Below, piece after piece: positions 33,286 to 43,400 of a stretch of 64,000 bases of DNA. The stretch spans positions 1 to 64,000 of the IMG/VR virus record IMGVR_UViG_3300005805_000059; one strand, written 5' to 3'. The notes below the pieces were generated by a model. It was not told where the DNA came from and made no database searches. It was given only the letters and a program-made list of their open reading frames with translations. The translations under genes and the position numbers were made by a program. The stretch comes from a virus. Taxonomy: Duplodnaviria; Caudoviricetes. The first letter of the stretch is position 1; each line of letters begins with the position of its first letter.

Positions 33286-33933
33286 TTACCATTCCGTATT
33301 GGTGGTAGAAGCAGATGGAGTATCGAAGCCGAAATAAAACGCTTCTTGCTCAGTATAATCTACTTCACGAACTACCTTTTCAAGATTGAAAAGTTCTAGT
33401 TCTTCCCACTTGTATTCTGACTTGTCAGGTGTTGGAATCAAGGTATAGTTAGTTTCTGTACCAAGTCCATTACGCTTAATCTTCCACTGAAGATTTGAGA
33501 TGCTACCTGTTTCAAGTGCATATTCACGAATCGTGTTAAATGCTGATTGCTTGCTCACACCTTGTGACCAAACTGCAACATATGGATCTTCCAAACCATC
33601 ATCAACAAAAACATTGATGTAGAATCGAAGTCGTGCTCGCCAACCACTCTTAGGTTCTTTGCGAGCCATTTCACAACCATAGCATCGACCTTGCGACTCC
33701 ATTGTGCAAGCAGCCTTACGCTTATAGTCTTTTGGATTTGAATGTTCTGCAATCACAACTGCAAGACCACGAGACTCTGCATATGCTGGTGAGTCTGCAT
33801 CTAATTCGTTAATGAATCGAACTTTTGCAGCCTGTCCGTCAGTTAAGTTTAACCAGCGAACTTTAGGTGCATTACTATCTTTTGGTTTATCAAGCAGGGC
33901 GTTTATATTTTTTAATCCCTTTACTACGCTCAT
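33286..33933 (-). CDS. Single-stranded DNA-binding protein (gp32-like)
   Basis: Between primase and dnaE; KVRF, KRKAAC..C..C, IKRNG..TETNY, acidic/aromatic tail. Confidence 0.7.
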   Translation of the reverse strand: MSVVKGLKNINALLDKPKDSNAPKVRWLNLTDGQAAKVRFINELDADSPAYAESRGLAVVIAEHSNPKDYKRKAACTMESQGRCYGCEMARKEPKSGWRARLRFYINVFVDDGLEDPYVAVWSQGVSKQSAFNTIREYALETGSISNLQWKIKRNGLGTETNYTLIPTPDKSEYKWEELELFNLEKVVREVDYTEQEAFYFGFDTPSASTTNTEW

Positions 33934-33961
33934 ATTATTTTCCTATCTTTTTGTGTATACA

Positions 33962-34906
33962 CTATTTTAGCATAGACGATATAGCATTGTCAAATCGAAA
34001 CTCAATATTCCTGAGTTGGTCATTGTCCATATCACCTATATCCTTATATTTCTTATCTAACTTAACAATTGAAAGTTTTCTTGAAAGTCGTTCTTGTAAC
34101 TTAACAGACATACTTTCTCCTGCCTCATCATTATCTGCTATCAATACAATATTATTAAAGTATTTATCTAACAGATCTGTTTGCACCCTTGACACATTGG
34201 AGCCAAGAGTTGCAACTGCTGCAAGTCCAACTTGATCTAATCGAATAGCATCAAATGTAGACTCAACAACATATATTGTATTCTGATTCTTAACTCTATG
34301 CAAGTTGAACAGAATCTTAGATTTTGGAAGTCCTGGGGTATTCTTAAATTCTTTACCCTCTACAGACCTTCCAACAAAACCAATATCCATACCATCGGGA
34401 GACTGTACTGGAATAGTAACCATATCCTGATTTTCTGAATATCCTAAATTAAATTTATTAATTGATTGTACAGAAATCAAACGGCTTTCATAGTATCGTA
34501 ATGCTCTAGGTGATTCTAGTGCTTGATTGTTTAGTCGCTTTAATAGTACCTCGTCAAATTGAACAAAGTCTGGCTTAACATATAAAGCCTTATTGACAAT
34601 TTGTTCAATATTAGTTTTTCCTTCTTGGTTCTTAATAAATCGAACTGCCTCAAAGTATGATCGATTAGTTGTAAACATTACAAATTCAATTAAGGTTCTT
34701 ACTTCGTGACAAGAGAAGCAGAAGAATGTGCCGTTCTCTTTTGATATTTCTCCAGCAGGAGTTCTAGTATTATTGTGATAGGGGCAAAAAATTAGAAAGT
34801 CAGAATCTACTTCGCCCGCAATATCTATACCTGAGCCTTCGATGACTCGTTTAATTTGCTGTTCTGTATATAAATTGGTTGATATCTGTCTATTCCTTGT
34901 ATCCAT
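33962..34906 (-). CDS. dnaG: DNA primase
   Basis: Zn-binding CPYH...CFSC, TOPRIM VVESTFDA, DNDEAG. Confidence 0.9.
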   Translation of the reverse strand: MDTRNRQISTNLYTEQQIKRVIEGSGIDIAGEVDSDFLIFCPYHNNTRTPAGEISKENGTFFCFSCHEVRTLIEFVMFTTNRSYFEAVRFIKNQEGKTNIEQIVNKALYVKPDFVQFDEVLLKRLNNQALESPRALRYYESRLISVQSINKFNLGYSENQDMVTIPVQSPDGMDIGFVGRSVEGKEFKNTPGLPKSKILFNLHRVKNQNTIYVVESTFDAIRLDQVGLAAVATLGSNVSRVQTDLLDKYFNNIVLIADNDEAGESMSVKLQERLSRKLSIVKLDKKYKDIGDMDNDQLRNIEFRFDNAISSMLK

Positions 34907-35148
34907 TCGCTCTTTCTCTTTCCTACATACACTCCGTATACCGATAGGGTAAAACCAAATGTACTATTGCTTTCTATATATTCTATCGTAAAATCTGGGT
35001 CAATGTCAAATCTTGGTACATATCCATCGTGTTTCATTTCTAGTGTTAGTAAATTAATATATTCTTGTTTCATTCTTGGAATGAACCCATCATCATAGAT
35101 TACCCCCTCAAGGAAGAACCTTTTAACTGGTTTATGATGATAGTTCAT
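34825..35148 (-). CDS. Hypothetical protein
   Basis: Leaderless ORF after GGTATAAT. Confidence 0.75.
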   Translation of the reverse strand: MNYHHKPVKRFFLEGVIYDDGFIPRMKQEYINLLTLEMKHDGYVPRFDIDPDFTIEYIESNSTFGFTLSVYGVYVGKRKSEWIQGIDRYQPIYIQNSKLNESSKAQV

Positions 35149-35165
35149 ACACCAATTATACCAAT

Positions 35166-36380
35166 TTATTCATAATCCTTGTATCTGTAATAACCTCTGT
35201 CAAAGTCAACTTGAACCAAGAATTCACCCATAAATCCATTACGATTCTTACGAAACGCACACTCAATAATATCGCTGTTACTACTGCGACCAAGTGCCAT
35301 TACCCAGTCAGCATCGTATGCAATCTGTCGTGACCAAGCAGTTTGACCCAATGTTGGAACGGTACTTAAATCGGTCACATCATCAGGTGTTGCAGATGAA
35401 ATTGCAATGATAGGAACTTCATCTCTAATTGCCATAAGTTTAAGTTCTCGTGACAAGTTCTTCATACGAACAGTTTCATTGTCAGACTTTTGGTTTGGAC
35501 TCATCAACTGTAAATAGTCCACGATAACAAAGTCAGGCTTGTATTGGTCAATCTTACCACGCAATACTGACGGTGTAATTTCACCACCTTGATCATTAGA
35601 AATAATATGGAAAGGTGGTCTATTGGCAATCTCTTTACTATGCCACTTTTCCATCATTTCTACTTCTACTTCACCATTAGACAATTTTCTATGTGACCAT
35701 AGTCCATTTCCCATAATTGTTAGCACACGGTTACGCACCTCTGCCTCTGACATTTCAAGGCTTATGATCAATGGTGTACGACCCTGCTGCCAAGCCTGTA
35801 CAGCAAAATAGAGAGCCAACCACGACTTTCCTATACCTGGATATGCAAGGAACACTCCTAACTGTCCTGGAGCGATTCCAGACGGCATATAGTTATCGAA
35901 TCCTGGCAGACCTGTCCTGATACCAACAACACCCTCTTCTTTAAGTCTCTGTACATTTTGAAAGTGGGCAATAGTCGCATCTGTGTTAGTGACATCAATA
36001 TCTCTAATCATAGATGTATTCTTTTTAAGTTCTGAAGTTTGTGTAATTAGGTTATCAAGTGCTTCTATAGGTTTGCCACTCTGAACATCATATGCTGCAT
36101 CACGAAGAATACTTTTAACACTATCGTTAAGATAAGAATATTGTAGTTCTTCAAGATGATGTTTTGTACCACCAACATTTTGAACAGGAACAAAGTCAGA
36201 AAACTTTTCTGTTACTAATTCAATTGGTGGCAATGTGCTATTTTGTTCTGAGTAATGCCTAATAAATTTCCATACATCTGTATGCGTTTTTAATAGATTA
36301 TCAACATTTGCCTGTAACAAAACATGAATTTGTTTATCTTTTAATACAGCAGTTAAAACTCTTGCTTCTAGGTCATTCAT
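35166..36380 (-). CDS. dnaB: Replicative DNA helicase
   Basis: Walker A AYPGIGKS, ISLEM, VIVDYLQLM, SRELK, QIAYDAD, KNRNG. Confidence 0.92.
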   Translation of the reverse strand: MNDLEARVLTAVLKDKQIHVLLQANVDNLLKTHTDVWKFIRHYSEQNSTLPPIELVTEKFSDFVPVQNVGGTKHHLEELQYSYLNDSVKSILRDAAYDVQSGKPIEALDNLITQTSELKKNTSMIRDIDVTNTDATIAHFQNVQRLKEEGVVGIRTGLPGFDNYMPSGIAPGQLGVFLAYPGIGKSWLALYFAVQAWQQGRTPLIISLEMSEAEVRNRVLTIMGNGLWSHRKLSNGEVEVEMMEKWHSKEIANRPPFHIISNDQGGEITPSVLRGKIDQYKPDFVIVDYLQLMSPNQKSDNETVRMKNLSRELKLMAIRDEVPIIAISSATPDDVTDLSTVPTLGQTAWSRQIAYDADWVMALGRSSNSDIIECAFRKNRNGFMGEFLVQVDFDRGYYRYKDYE

Positions 36381-36682
36381 TTTAACCAATCCTTTGCTAA
36401 TTTTCTACGCATTAAGCGTTCTTGTATATCTTTTTCTTTTTCTAACATTGCTTTTCTTGCCTTGTCTGCATTATGTGCAAAATGTGACCAAGTAGGATTT
36501 TCTCTAACTTGAAAATAATAATCAATAATTTCTTGACATTCATATATGCCATATGATTCAAGCAGTGCATCTGCAGACCACTGTTCTGAATTAATATTAA
36601 TTATATATCTCTCATTAAACTTTTTCTTATACTTTTTTTTAAAGTAACTAATTAGTATCATACGATCTTTATATGATGCCAT
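36377..36682 (-). CDS. Hypothetical protein next to helicase (possible loader/initiator)
   Basis: ORF overlapping dnaB start; function inferred from position only. Confidence 0.65.
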   Translation of the reverse strand: MASYKDRMILISYFKKKYKKKFNERYIININSEQWSADALLESYGIYECQEIIDYYFQVRENPTWSHFAHNADKARKAMLEKEKDIQERLMRRKLAKDWLK

Positions 36683-36891
36683 TATTCACTGATTTCTGAC
36701 TTAGCCTCATTAATTTTTTCAGCAAGTTTAGACTCTACAAATGTATAGACTCGTTCCATAGCATCATTTACAGACTCACCATCTCGCCTTGCATCAACAA
36801 CACCAAGATCTAATCTTAGTGATTGAAAGTTACCCAAATTAAGGGTATATCCAAGTGTCACAGACACCTTTGTATCATTTCGCTCTTCCAC
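36682..36891 (-). CDS. Hypothetical protein
   Basis: ORF with GGAGG SD. Confidence 0.8.
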   Translation of the reverse strand: MEERNDTKVSVTLGYTLNLGNFQSLRLDLGVVDARRDGESVNDAMERVYTFVESKLAEKINEAKSEISE

Positions 36892-36906
36892 TGTTAACCT
36901 CCTAGG

Positions 36907-37449
36907 TTATATGCTCTCTGACCAGACTGGGATGTAGCGACCATCTTCAGTCCTTGTATATGTAAGTATACCATCTCCCATTTTTCTTGTCAACTCCTGG
37001 GAGGTAGGAGTCATATTATTAGTGACTAATCCATCTTTTCTTGGCTGCCCAATATGGATAGTAGCAAGTATATCACGAATCTCACGGATGTGGTCTTCAG
37101 AGTAGTAGGATCTTATCTGCCATCCCCTTTTACCGTCCTTACTGCACCCTACAGGGGGAGGAATGACCCCACGCTTAATCAGACTAGGGATATATTTTTT
37201 GTGCCTGTTAATCAACACAGCGGTCTCTCCTACGGTATAGGCTCTTTGTCTAAATTTCTTAAAATCGGACAAAAGGCAATTTTCTAATCTATCTTTATTT
37301 ATATTATAAAGAGATACCAAACCTGTTGATCTTGAGTGATGGTGGACACGCACTAGGTCTCCGTTAAGAAACCACACCTTCTGACTACCCTTGATTACAG
37401 AGGAGTTATTGTATTCTTCGACCTCAAGATTTCTTTTTGAAGAATCCAC
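36907..37449 (-). CDS. MerR-like HTH DNA-binding protein
   Basis: YTVGETAVLINR..IKRGVIPPP..RSYYSEDHI; GTG start after GGGGAGG. Confidence 0.65.
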   Translation of the reverse strand: MDSSKRNLEVEEYNNSSVIKGSQKVWFLNGDLVRVHHHSRSTGLVSLYNINKDRLENCLLSDFKKFRQRAYTVGETAVLINRHKKYIPSLIKRGVIPPPVGCSKDGKRGWQIRSYYSEDHIREIRDILATIHIGQPRKDGLVTNNMTPTSQELTRKMGDGILTYTRTEDGRYIPVWSESI

Positions 37450-37586
37450 ATTCCCTCCCCAGTTTCTGTGGGTGGATGGAAAAACTTCCTCTCCCCACAT
37501 CTAATACAGAAAGTTTCAATGTGATCTATGGAGGAGTAGGCTCGATCAACCATTACTCTTCCTTCACACTTTTTACACATCAACAT
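37395..37586 (-). CDS. Small Zn-ribbon protein
   Basis: CKKC...CIRC. Confidence 0.7.
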   Translation of the reverse strand: MLMCKKCEGRVMVDRAYSSIDHIETFCIRCGERKFFHPPTETGEGMWILQKEILRSKNTITPL

Positions 37587-38029
37587 TAGTTTGGAATTCC
37601 TATCGCAATCAAATTAACTGCAAGAGACAAGTCTCCAGACGCACCGAAACGAACAACTCCTTCAATTCTAGAAGTTGTAATCGTCTTTAAAATGATTGTA
37701 ACATTCTGACCAGCAGGTGTGTTACCAATGTTCACTGGTGTTGCAGTAACAATTGGAGCATACTTAAAGTCTCCTGGAAAGTCATATGTAAATGGTTTTT
37801 CAGATGCTGCTTGAACAGTAGAGTTATTTGCAACCTCTACATAACCACCAATGACTCGGGCTTCAGATGTTTTAATGTTTTGTTTTCCAGCACTTACAGT
37901 ATCAACTGTTGTATAGTTGTATGTTGCTGATGATACTTGAGTTGATATATCGTTAACGCTTTCGGCTAACTTATAAATATAACCAACATCTAGTGGTTGT
38001 CCTCGTTCTGGTAGTGGTACTTTTGCCAT
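37586..38029 (-). CDS. Minor tail protein (H-type-lectin-like C-terminus)
   Basis: End of tail cluster; F.YAPIVTAT...IAIG pattern. Confidence 0.65.
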   Translation of the reverse strand: MAKVPLPERGQPLDVGYIYKLAESVNDISTQVSSATYNYTTVDTVSAGKQNIKTSEARVIGGYVEVANNSTVQAASEKPFTYDFPGDFKYAPIVTATPVNIGNTPAGQNVTIILKTITTSRIEGVVRFGASGDLSLAVNLIAIGIPN

Positions 38030-38038
38030 ATTTCCTCC

Positions 38039-38563
38039 TTATACCGCATGCCTTAGTTTAAATAAGGTTAGTCTGTTGTCTCTATTTTTTATTAATGTTG
38101 GAATTTGTACTTCAAAATCTATTGTTTTATATGTTGAACTTGGCAACTCAATAGAAAATGTATCAGCAGAGATCGTAGTAAAATAATTCCAAGATGTCCA
38201 AGTACTTGAATCAGTTGCATTGTTTTCAGTTGACCATCTAATATAAATATCAAACACAGTAGTTTGATCAAATATTTCTTCTAACTTAGATGCATATAAA
38301 TCTGGATGTGTCCAAGTAATTAAAAGTGTTTTTTCTCCTGTACCACCACCAATTTCTTTTAGACCAATTCTATTGGCTGCAGTGTATGGTAATCCAGCAC
38401 TAGATGTTGGAGGATAGTCCACACGAATAGTTGGAGACCAATGAGAAAATCTATTTCTGTCTTCTGATATTATACGATATCGAACAGCATAAAATAAACC
38501 ATCAGCATCAGTTTGTATATATGGTAATTCATTTGGTTCAATATTTACATATTTGGTAGCCAT
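38039..38563 (-). CDS. Minor tail protein
   Basis: Tail cluster; YAVRYRIISED.NRFSHWSP. Confidence 0.65.
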   Translation of the reverse strand: MATKYVNIEPNELPYIQTDADGLFYAVRYRIISEDRNRFSHWSPTIRVDYPPTSSAGLPYTAANRIGLKEIGGGTGEKTLLITWTHPDLYASKLEEIFDQTTVFDIYIRWSTENNATDSSTWTSWNYFTTISADTFSIELPSSTYKTIDFEVQIPTLIKNRDNRLTLFKLRHAV

Positions 38564-39873
38564 TATGTTACCCCTAGAACAAATCTAAACTCAACATAGT
38601 TGTTTGTATTTGGACTCTTAAGAACTGTTTCTCCATCAAAGTTCTTAACAACTGCGTATCCTGTCAATCCATATAGTGGATTTTGTGTAGATACATTTTC
38701 TAGCCTCATTGCATCAAGTGCTATGTAGTAGTTTTCTGAGGGAACTTCAATATAAGCACCGCCACCTGCAGCAGTTGTTTGATCACCTGCAGTTACAGGA
38801 AATGTAATTGTATTTGGGTTAGTTACAGTAACTGTTCTTACTCCAGATATTACTCCAAAAAGTGTTGAAGAGTCTACAACAGTAATTATATCTCCAGTTG
38901 TTAAATTATGTACAGAACTGAATGTTAATGTCGCAAGATTGTTAGTAATATTTTTACTTGCTATTAATTGTTTTTCCATAGCACAAGCATAAATTTTTGC
39001 TGCATTAACTGCTGACCAACTAAAGTTTTGAGAATAAACCAAGTTTTGTAGTTGTTTTGAAACTAATAAATATCTATTGGTTGCAAAGTTATAATCACTT
39101 GCACTTAACTTTACTTCAAATCTAGCATAGTTTGATGACGATGTTTGATCTCCAAACTCAACCATAAGTCGAACATTTTCTGGTTCTGGTGCTGTTGCTG
39201 ACTTATGTACTACAGAAAAGACAAGTCTTAATTCATCTGTTGGTGCGTTTTTACTAAAATCTGCACGAATACCACTTAAATTAATATGGCTTGATCCAGT
39301 TGCAATTCCTAAGTTTCCATTACTTAAATACAAATTAGATGTATCTCCACGCATTAAAATCATATTGTTATAAAATCTACCACGCTCAAACGGTCTCTGT
39401 GTTGATGTAAATGCAACATTATCAGCGTTTGCTTGAAATATAGGATTGGTAACTGTTATAACATCACCAGAATCTGTTAATGGAGTAGTGACTTGTGGAA
39501 TTAAACTAGCATTCTGAATTCTCCATTGTTCTGCTGTACTAAATCCAAATATAGTTCTACTATCAATAGATGCTGCTGAAGGATTAGAGCCAGCAGAATA
39601 AATTCCAATTTCAGATATTTCATACCTTTCTTCTGTTGGCAGTTCTGCTGTTAAAACAATCTTTGATACCCCATTTTCTTCAACAAACCCTTTAGACGAT
39701 ATTGGAACACGAAACATTTCAAAATCTAAAGATTGCTTTTCGCTATAGTCTCCAGGTGTTTCAAGATTTCCTAAAGGTTTTGGACCGCAACCAATAGCAA
39801 TATAAGAGGCATATGCTGGAGCCTGTCCTAGCAAATACTTGCCTATAATGCTTTTGCCTTTGTCTGTAATCAT
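38563..39873 (-). CDS. Minor tail / baseplate protein
   Basis: MITDKGKSII, YIAIGCG, ISEIGIYS pattern. Confidence 0.7.
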   Translation of the reverse strand: MITDKGKSIIGKYLLGQAPAYASYIAIGCGPKPLGNLETPGDYSEKQSLDFEMFRVPISSKGFVEENGVSKIVLTAELPTEERYEISEIGIYSAGSNPSAASIDSRTIFGFSTAEQWRIQNASLIPQVTTPLTDSGDVITVTNPIFQANADNVAFTSTQRPFERGRFYNNMILMRGDTSNLYLSNGNLGIATGSSHINLSGIRADFSKNAPTDELRLVFSVVHKSATAPEPENVRLMVEFGDQTSSSNYARFEVKLSASDYNFATNRYLLVSKQLQNLVYSQNFSWSAVNAAKIYACAMEKQLIASKNITNNLATLTFSSVHNLTTGDIITVVDSSTLFGVISGVRTVTVTNPNTITFPVTAGDQTTAAGGGAYIEVPSENYYIALDAMRLENVSTQNPLYGLTGYAVVKNFDGETVLKSPNTNNYVEFRFVLGVT

Positions 39874-40445
39874 ATCAAATCAACCTCCTCTATTATACCA
39901 TTAGTTGCTATCTGAACCTCTACTTCTTCGTCTTCGGCAATATCATTTAGTTCTATAATGATCCCGCCTGTTTGTGAATTACGATAAATCACTGTAGAGT
40001 CTGCCCTTAAATTAAGTTTAATTGGGAAATTATTAAAGTATTTGTCTGAAGTTTGCTGTAGGCTCAGGATATTATTTGGGTTGTATTGCTGCTGAATGAA
40101 AGATAAGTTTTTGATAAGTTGATAAGATATTGTTTCACCATTGATAATATCATTTCTTGAAATATCAATAAGTTCTTGACCACCAATATCTTCAAATATA
40201 AGATCTGTCATTATTTCAATTGGCAATGCTTCATCATCTATAAGTATGATTTCTGGAGTGGCAGACTTAATAGATTGAGTAATACTTGGTGGTGTTACAG
40301 GTATTACCTGATTAATTGGCTCTGGATCTACAACTAATATTGGATCTCTTTCCCATGCTCTTGGAACAGTTCCACTTGTATTTTTTTCTTTTCTTTTAGC
40401 CCTTCTTTTGTTGATAGGCTTTTTACTATTTTCATCTTTATCCAT
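39870..40445 (-). CDS. Minor tail protein
   Basis: Tail cluster position. Confidence 0.65.
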   Translation of the reverse strand: MDKDENSKKPINKRRAKRKEKNTSGTVPRAWERDPILVVDPEPINQVIPVTPPSITQSIKSATPEIILIDDEALPIEIMTDLIFEDIGGQELIDISRNDIINGETISYQLIKNLSFIQQQYNPNNILSLQQTSDKYFNNFPIKLNLRADSTVIYRNSQTGGIIIELNDIAEDEEVEVQIATNGIIEEVDLI

Positions 40446-40446
40446 A

Positions 40447-43400
40447 TTACACCTCACTCAAGTACAAAGTCATACTTGGACCTTCTGTACCTCTTTCATA
40501 TTCAATATTATATACAACAAATCTAACATCTTCTGGTGTCACTAAATCTAAACCATCTTTATCTTTGTAATTAACTGTGACTATATCTCCAAGTTGTATT
40601 GTTGGTATTGCAAATACCTTTACGCCAATTAGTTTTCTAGGCTTCATAATTTTATTAATAATCCACCCCATAAGTTCTTCTGCGTCATCTTGTGTTTGAA
40701 TATATGGAGTATCTAGTGTAAATTCATTCTTACCATATACCATTCTACTTAATTTAATTTCATCATATTTTGCTTTTTCAACAAGTGGTGATCTAAGCAA
40801 AGTACTATCAGAATTTAACTGTGGGCTTGAAAGATTGCCATTTTTCTTAAAGTATTGGTCTACTGTGTATTCATATGTAGTGTCTTGCGTAAATGTAATA
40901 CCCTGAATTCTTAGGTAGTTACCTGTTGTCTCGTCAAGATTGAGTGCTGAGTCTGTGGCATTAAATATTAAGAACTCTGCACCATATGAGTCTGCATAAA
41001 ATCCTGATGTGGTATATCCCTTAATCCTATTAAATGTAGGAGATAATTTTGCATATAAAGCAGGGTATGCCTTATCATACTTAATATCAAAGTACGCACA
41101 CTCACGCATAATGGTTCCAAATTCATCAAAGTACATCTTATATTCTGGTGGCTGTATTCCACTAATTCCAGATAAATATGTAGACTGTAAAATACCACTC
41201 ATAGAGTACTTACGCAATGCTTCATTAACATTTATTTCTTTATCACCGAAAACTTTAGATAATGGTTGACCAACAGTAAATACAGTGTTCTGTGAATAGT
41301 TTTCAGATAAAGCATATACATTTTCAAACATACATCGTGAAGCACCTCTTGTAAACAGTGCTATGCTTTGTCGAACTGGTAGTGGATTTGGATCATCTAC
41401 AGTTGCAATTAGTTTATTATTGATATATAGGTAAAATCTTAGTGAGCCACCGATTTTTTCATATTCAACAGCAAGGTCATAAACAGTTGGGTTTTCTTCT
41501 CCTGTTACACGATACTGACCTGTAAATTTACCATCATCAACTAGAATCTTTGTTAGTCCACCCCATAGTTTTACAGGTATAGCCTTGTCTGTATTAGAAG
41601 CACCCACCTTCTTCACTATTTTGTAAAAAACAACATTGTTAATGTAAACATTATTTTCTATATCGTTTGGTGAGTTTTGTCTCATATATGATTCAATATT
41701 GTTTTGAGTTAATGCAACAATTTCAAAATAATATCCATTATTAGTATTTGGATTTACCATAATGCCGATACCACCAGATCCACCGTCAATATTTAAAGAA
41801 ACATCTGGCTGTGTGGATGGCACTTGGAAATAAGATGTACTACCCACAGCATTTTGAAGTCTCGACAAACTGTTTTCAATTCTACCAACAATTCTCATTC
41901 TAGTTCCAAAATGCTTATAAGCACCATCAGTTAATGGTTTGTGAACATATGATATAAAATTAAGTGGCGATTGGAATGATTCAAATACAGGACCATTTAA
42001 AACTAAGGCTGATGATTGCACAGTTCCTGTTTGTGTTGTTCTCAAATAGTTTGTTTGAGTTTCAGTAATTTTAGCAGATGACAAAAAGTTTTTAATAATT
42101 CCATTTCTTGATGCTTGAGTATAAAATTGTCCAGAATCTATGCCAGCAGCCCCTGTTGTTGTATTAGGAAAATCAGTTCCTTCAACTAGCAATTCTGTGT
42201 CTTTAGTATTAAACAACAGGTTTGATTCCATAAAACATCCACGACTATTGTTTATATTATTCCAATGTGAATTTAGTCCAGCACTATGTGCCACTACTGG
42301 TGTTCCAAACTGACCTCTACCGTGTTCAAATACAGGACCATTCTGCAGCCTTGTAATTCCATCAATAGTCTCATAATATGGTGTGCTAAAAATTCTAACC
42401 AACCCTGTTGGATAAATTTTGCCATTAAATGGTAGTTTAGAAACATAGTTTTGATATTCTTGGTTATTTGTAATCCATACATTTCCAATACCTGTAACAT
42501 TGTATTCAACAGCATCATATCTAATTACTTCTCCGTTAGAATAAAAGTAGCCCTGATTTCTAGTAACCCAGTAAACATTTTCACCAAAGTCAATAACATT
42601 ATTTATAAGTTGATTAGAAACAACCTGTGGAACTTGATCAGTCAAATCAGAGTTCAATGGCATAGCACCTAAGACATATTGACCTTGTTGTGATGCTACC
42701 TCATTAATGGTTTTTGTCATTTCTGTTCCAGATACTTCCCAAAGTAGTGCTGGTTTATAAATCCAGTTTTTGTCATAATCTACCATTGTAGACTGTCTTA
42801 TGCTTCCATATGACCTTTGTATATATCGCTGAGTAAAGTTAATTTTGCCATCATTAAATACCTTTTTTTCTTTTGAAGATAAAGCAATAATATTGGGAAG
42901 CAGTGATGACTGAGAATAGTTTTTAATGACACCATTTTGAATCTGATTATTAGTTCCTATCAAAGCAAAATCAACATCTCTGGTTTCTTGAGTTGGCAAC
43001 ATATATTCTTTACTCATTACGACAAAGTTGTTGTACTCATCAAAAAACATTGCTGATTGTGTAGAAACAGCAAGTTGTGCTAAAACTTCAGCAACATTTT
43101 GATCTGGTCCAATAAAGAAATATGGAATTACAGGTTCTGTTTCATTTGGTGCTCTATAAAATGTATAGTTTGTAAATCCTATATAGTCTAGAAGTGTTGC
43201 AACAGCATAACTCAATGATGCGTTTGTTACTAATAATCTGGGTGCTGGCATTGACTCAAAATGAAAATACAAATCTCTCAAATCAATAGATATATTTACT
43301 GGATTGTCTCCAGACTGTGGAATACCTTCCGAATACAAGGTTTTAATTGGAACAAAATAATCATATGCATCTACCTCTTTGATGACTTCATAAAACATAA

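Noticed and set aside
23007-36380. Inteins or introns in terL, recA, dnaE, dnaG, dnaB
   Set aside because: Lengths are normal, motifs are contiguous, and no C/S...HN splice motifs or LAGLIDADG/HNH inserts were seen.
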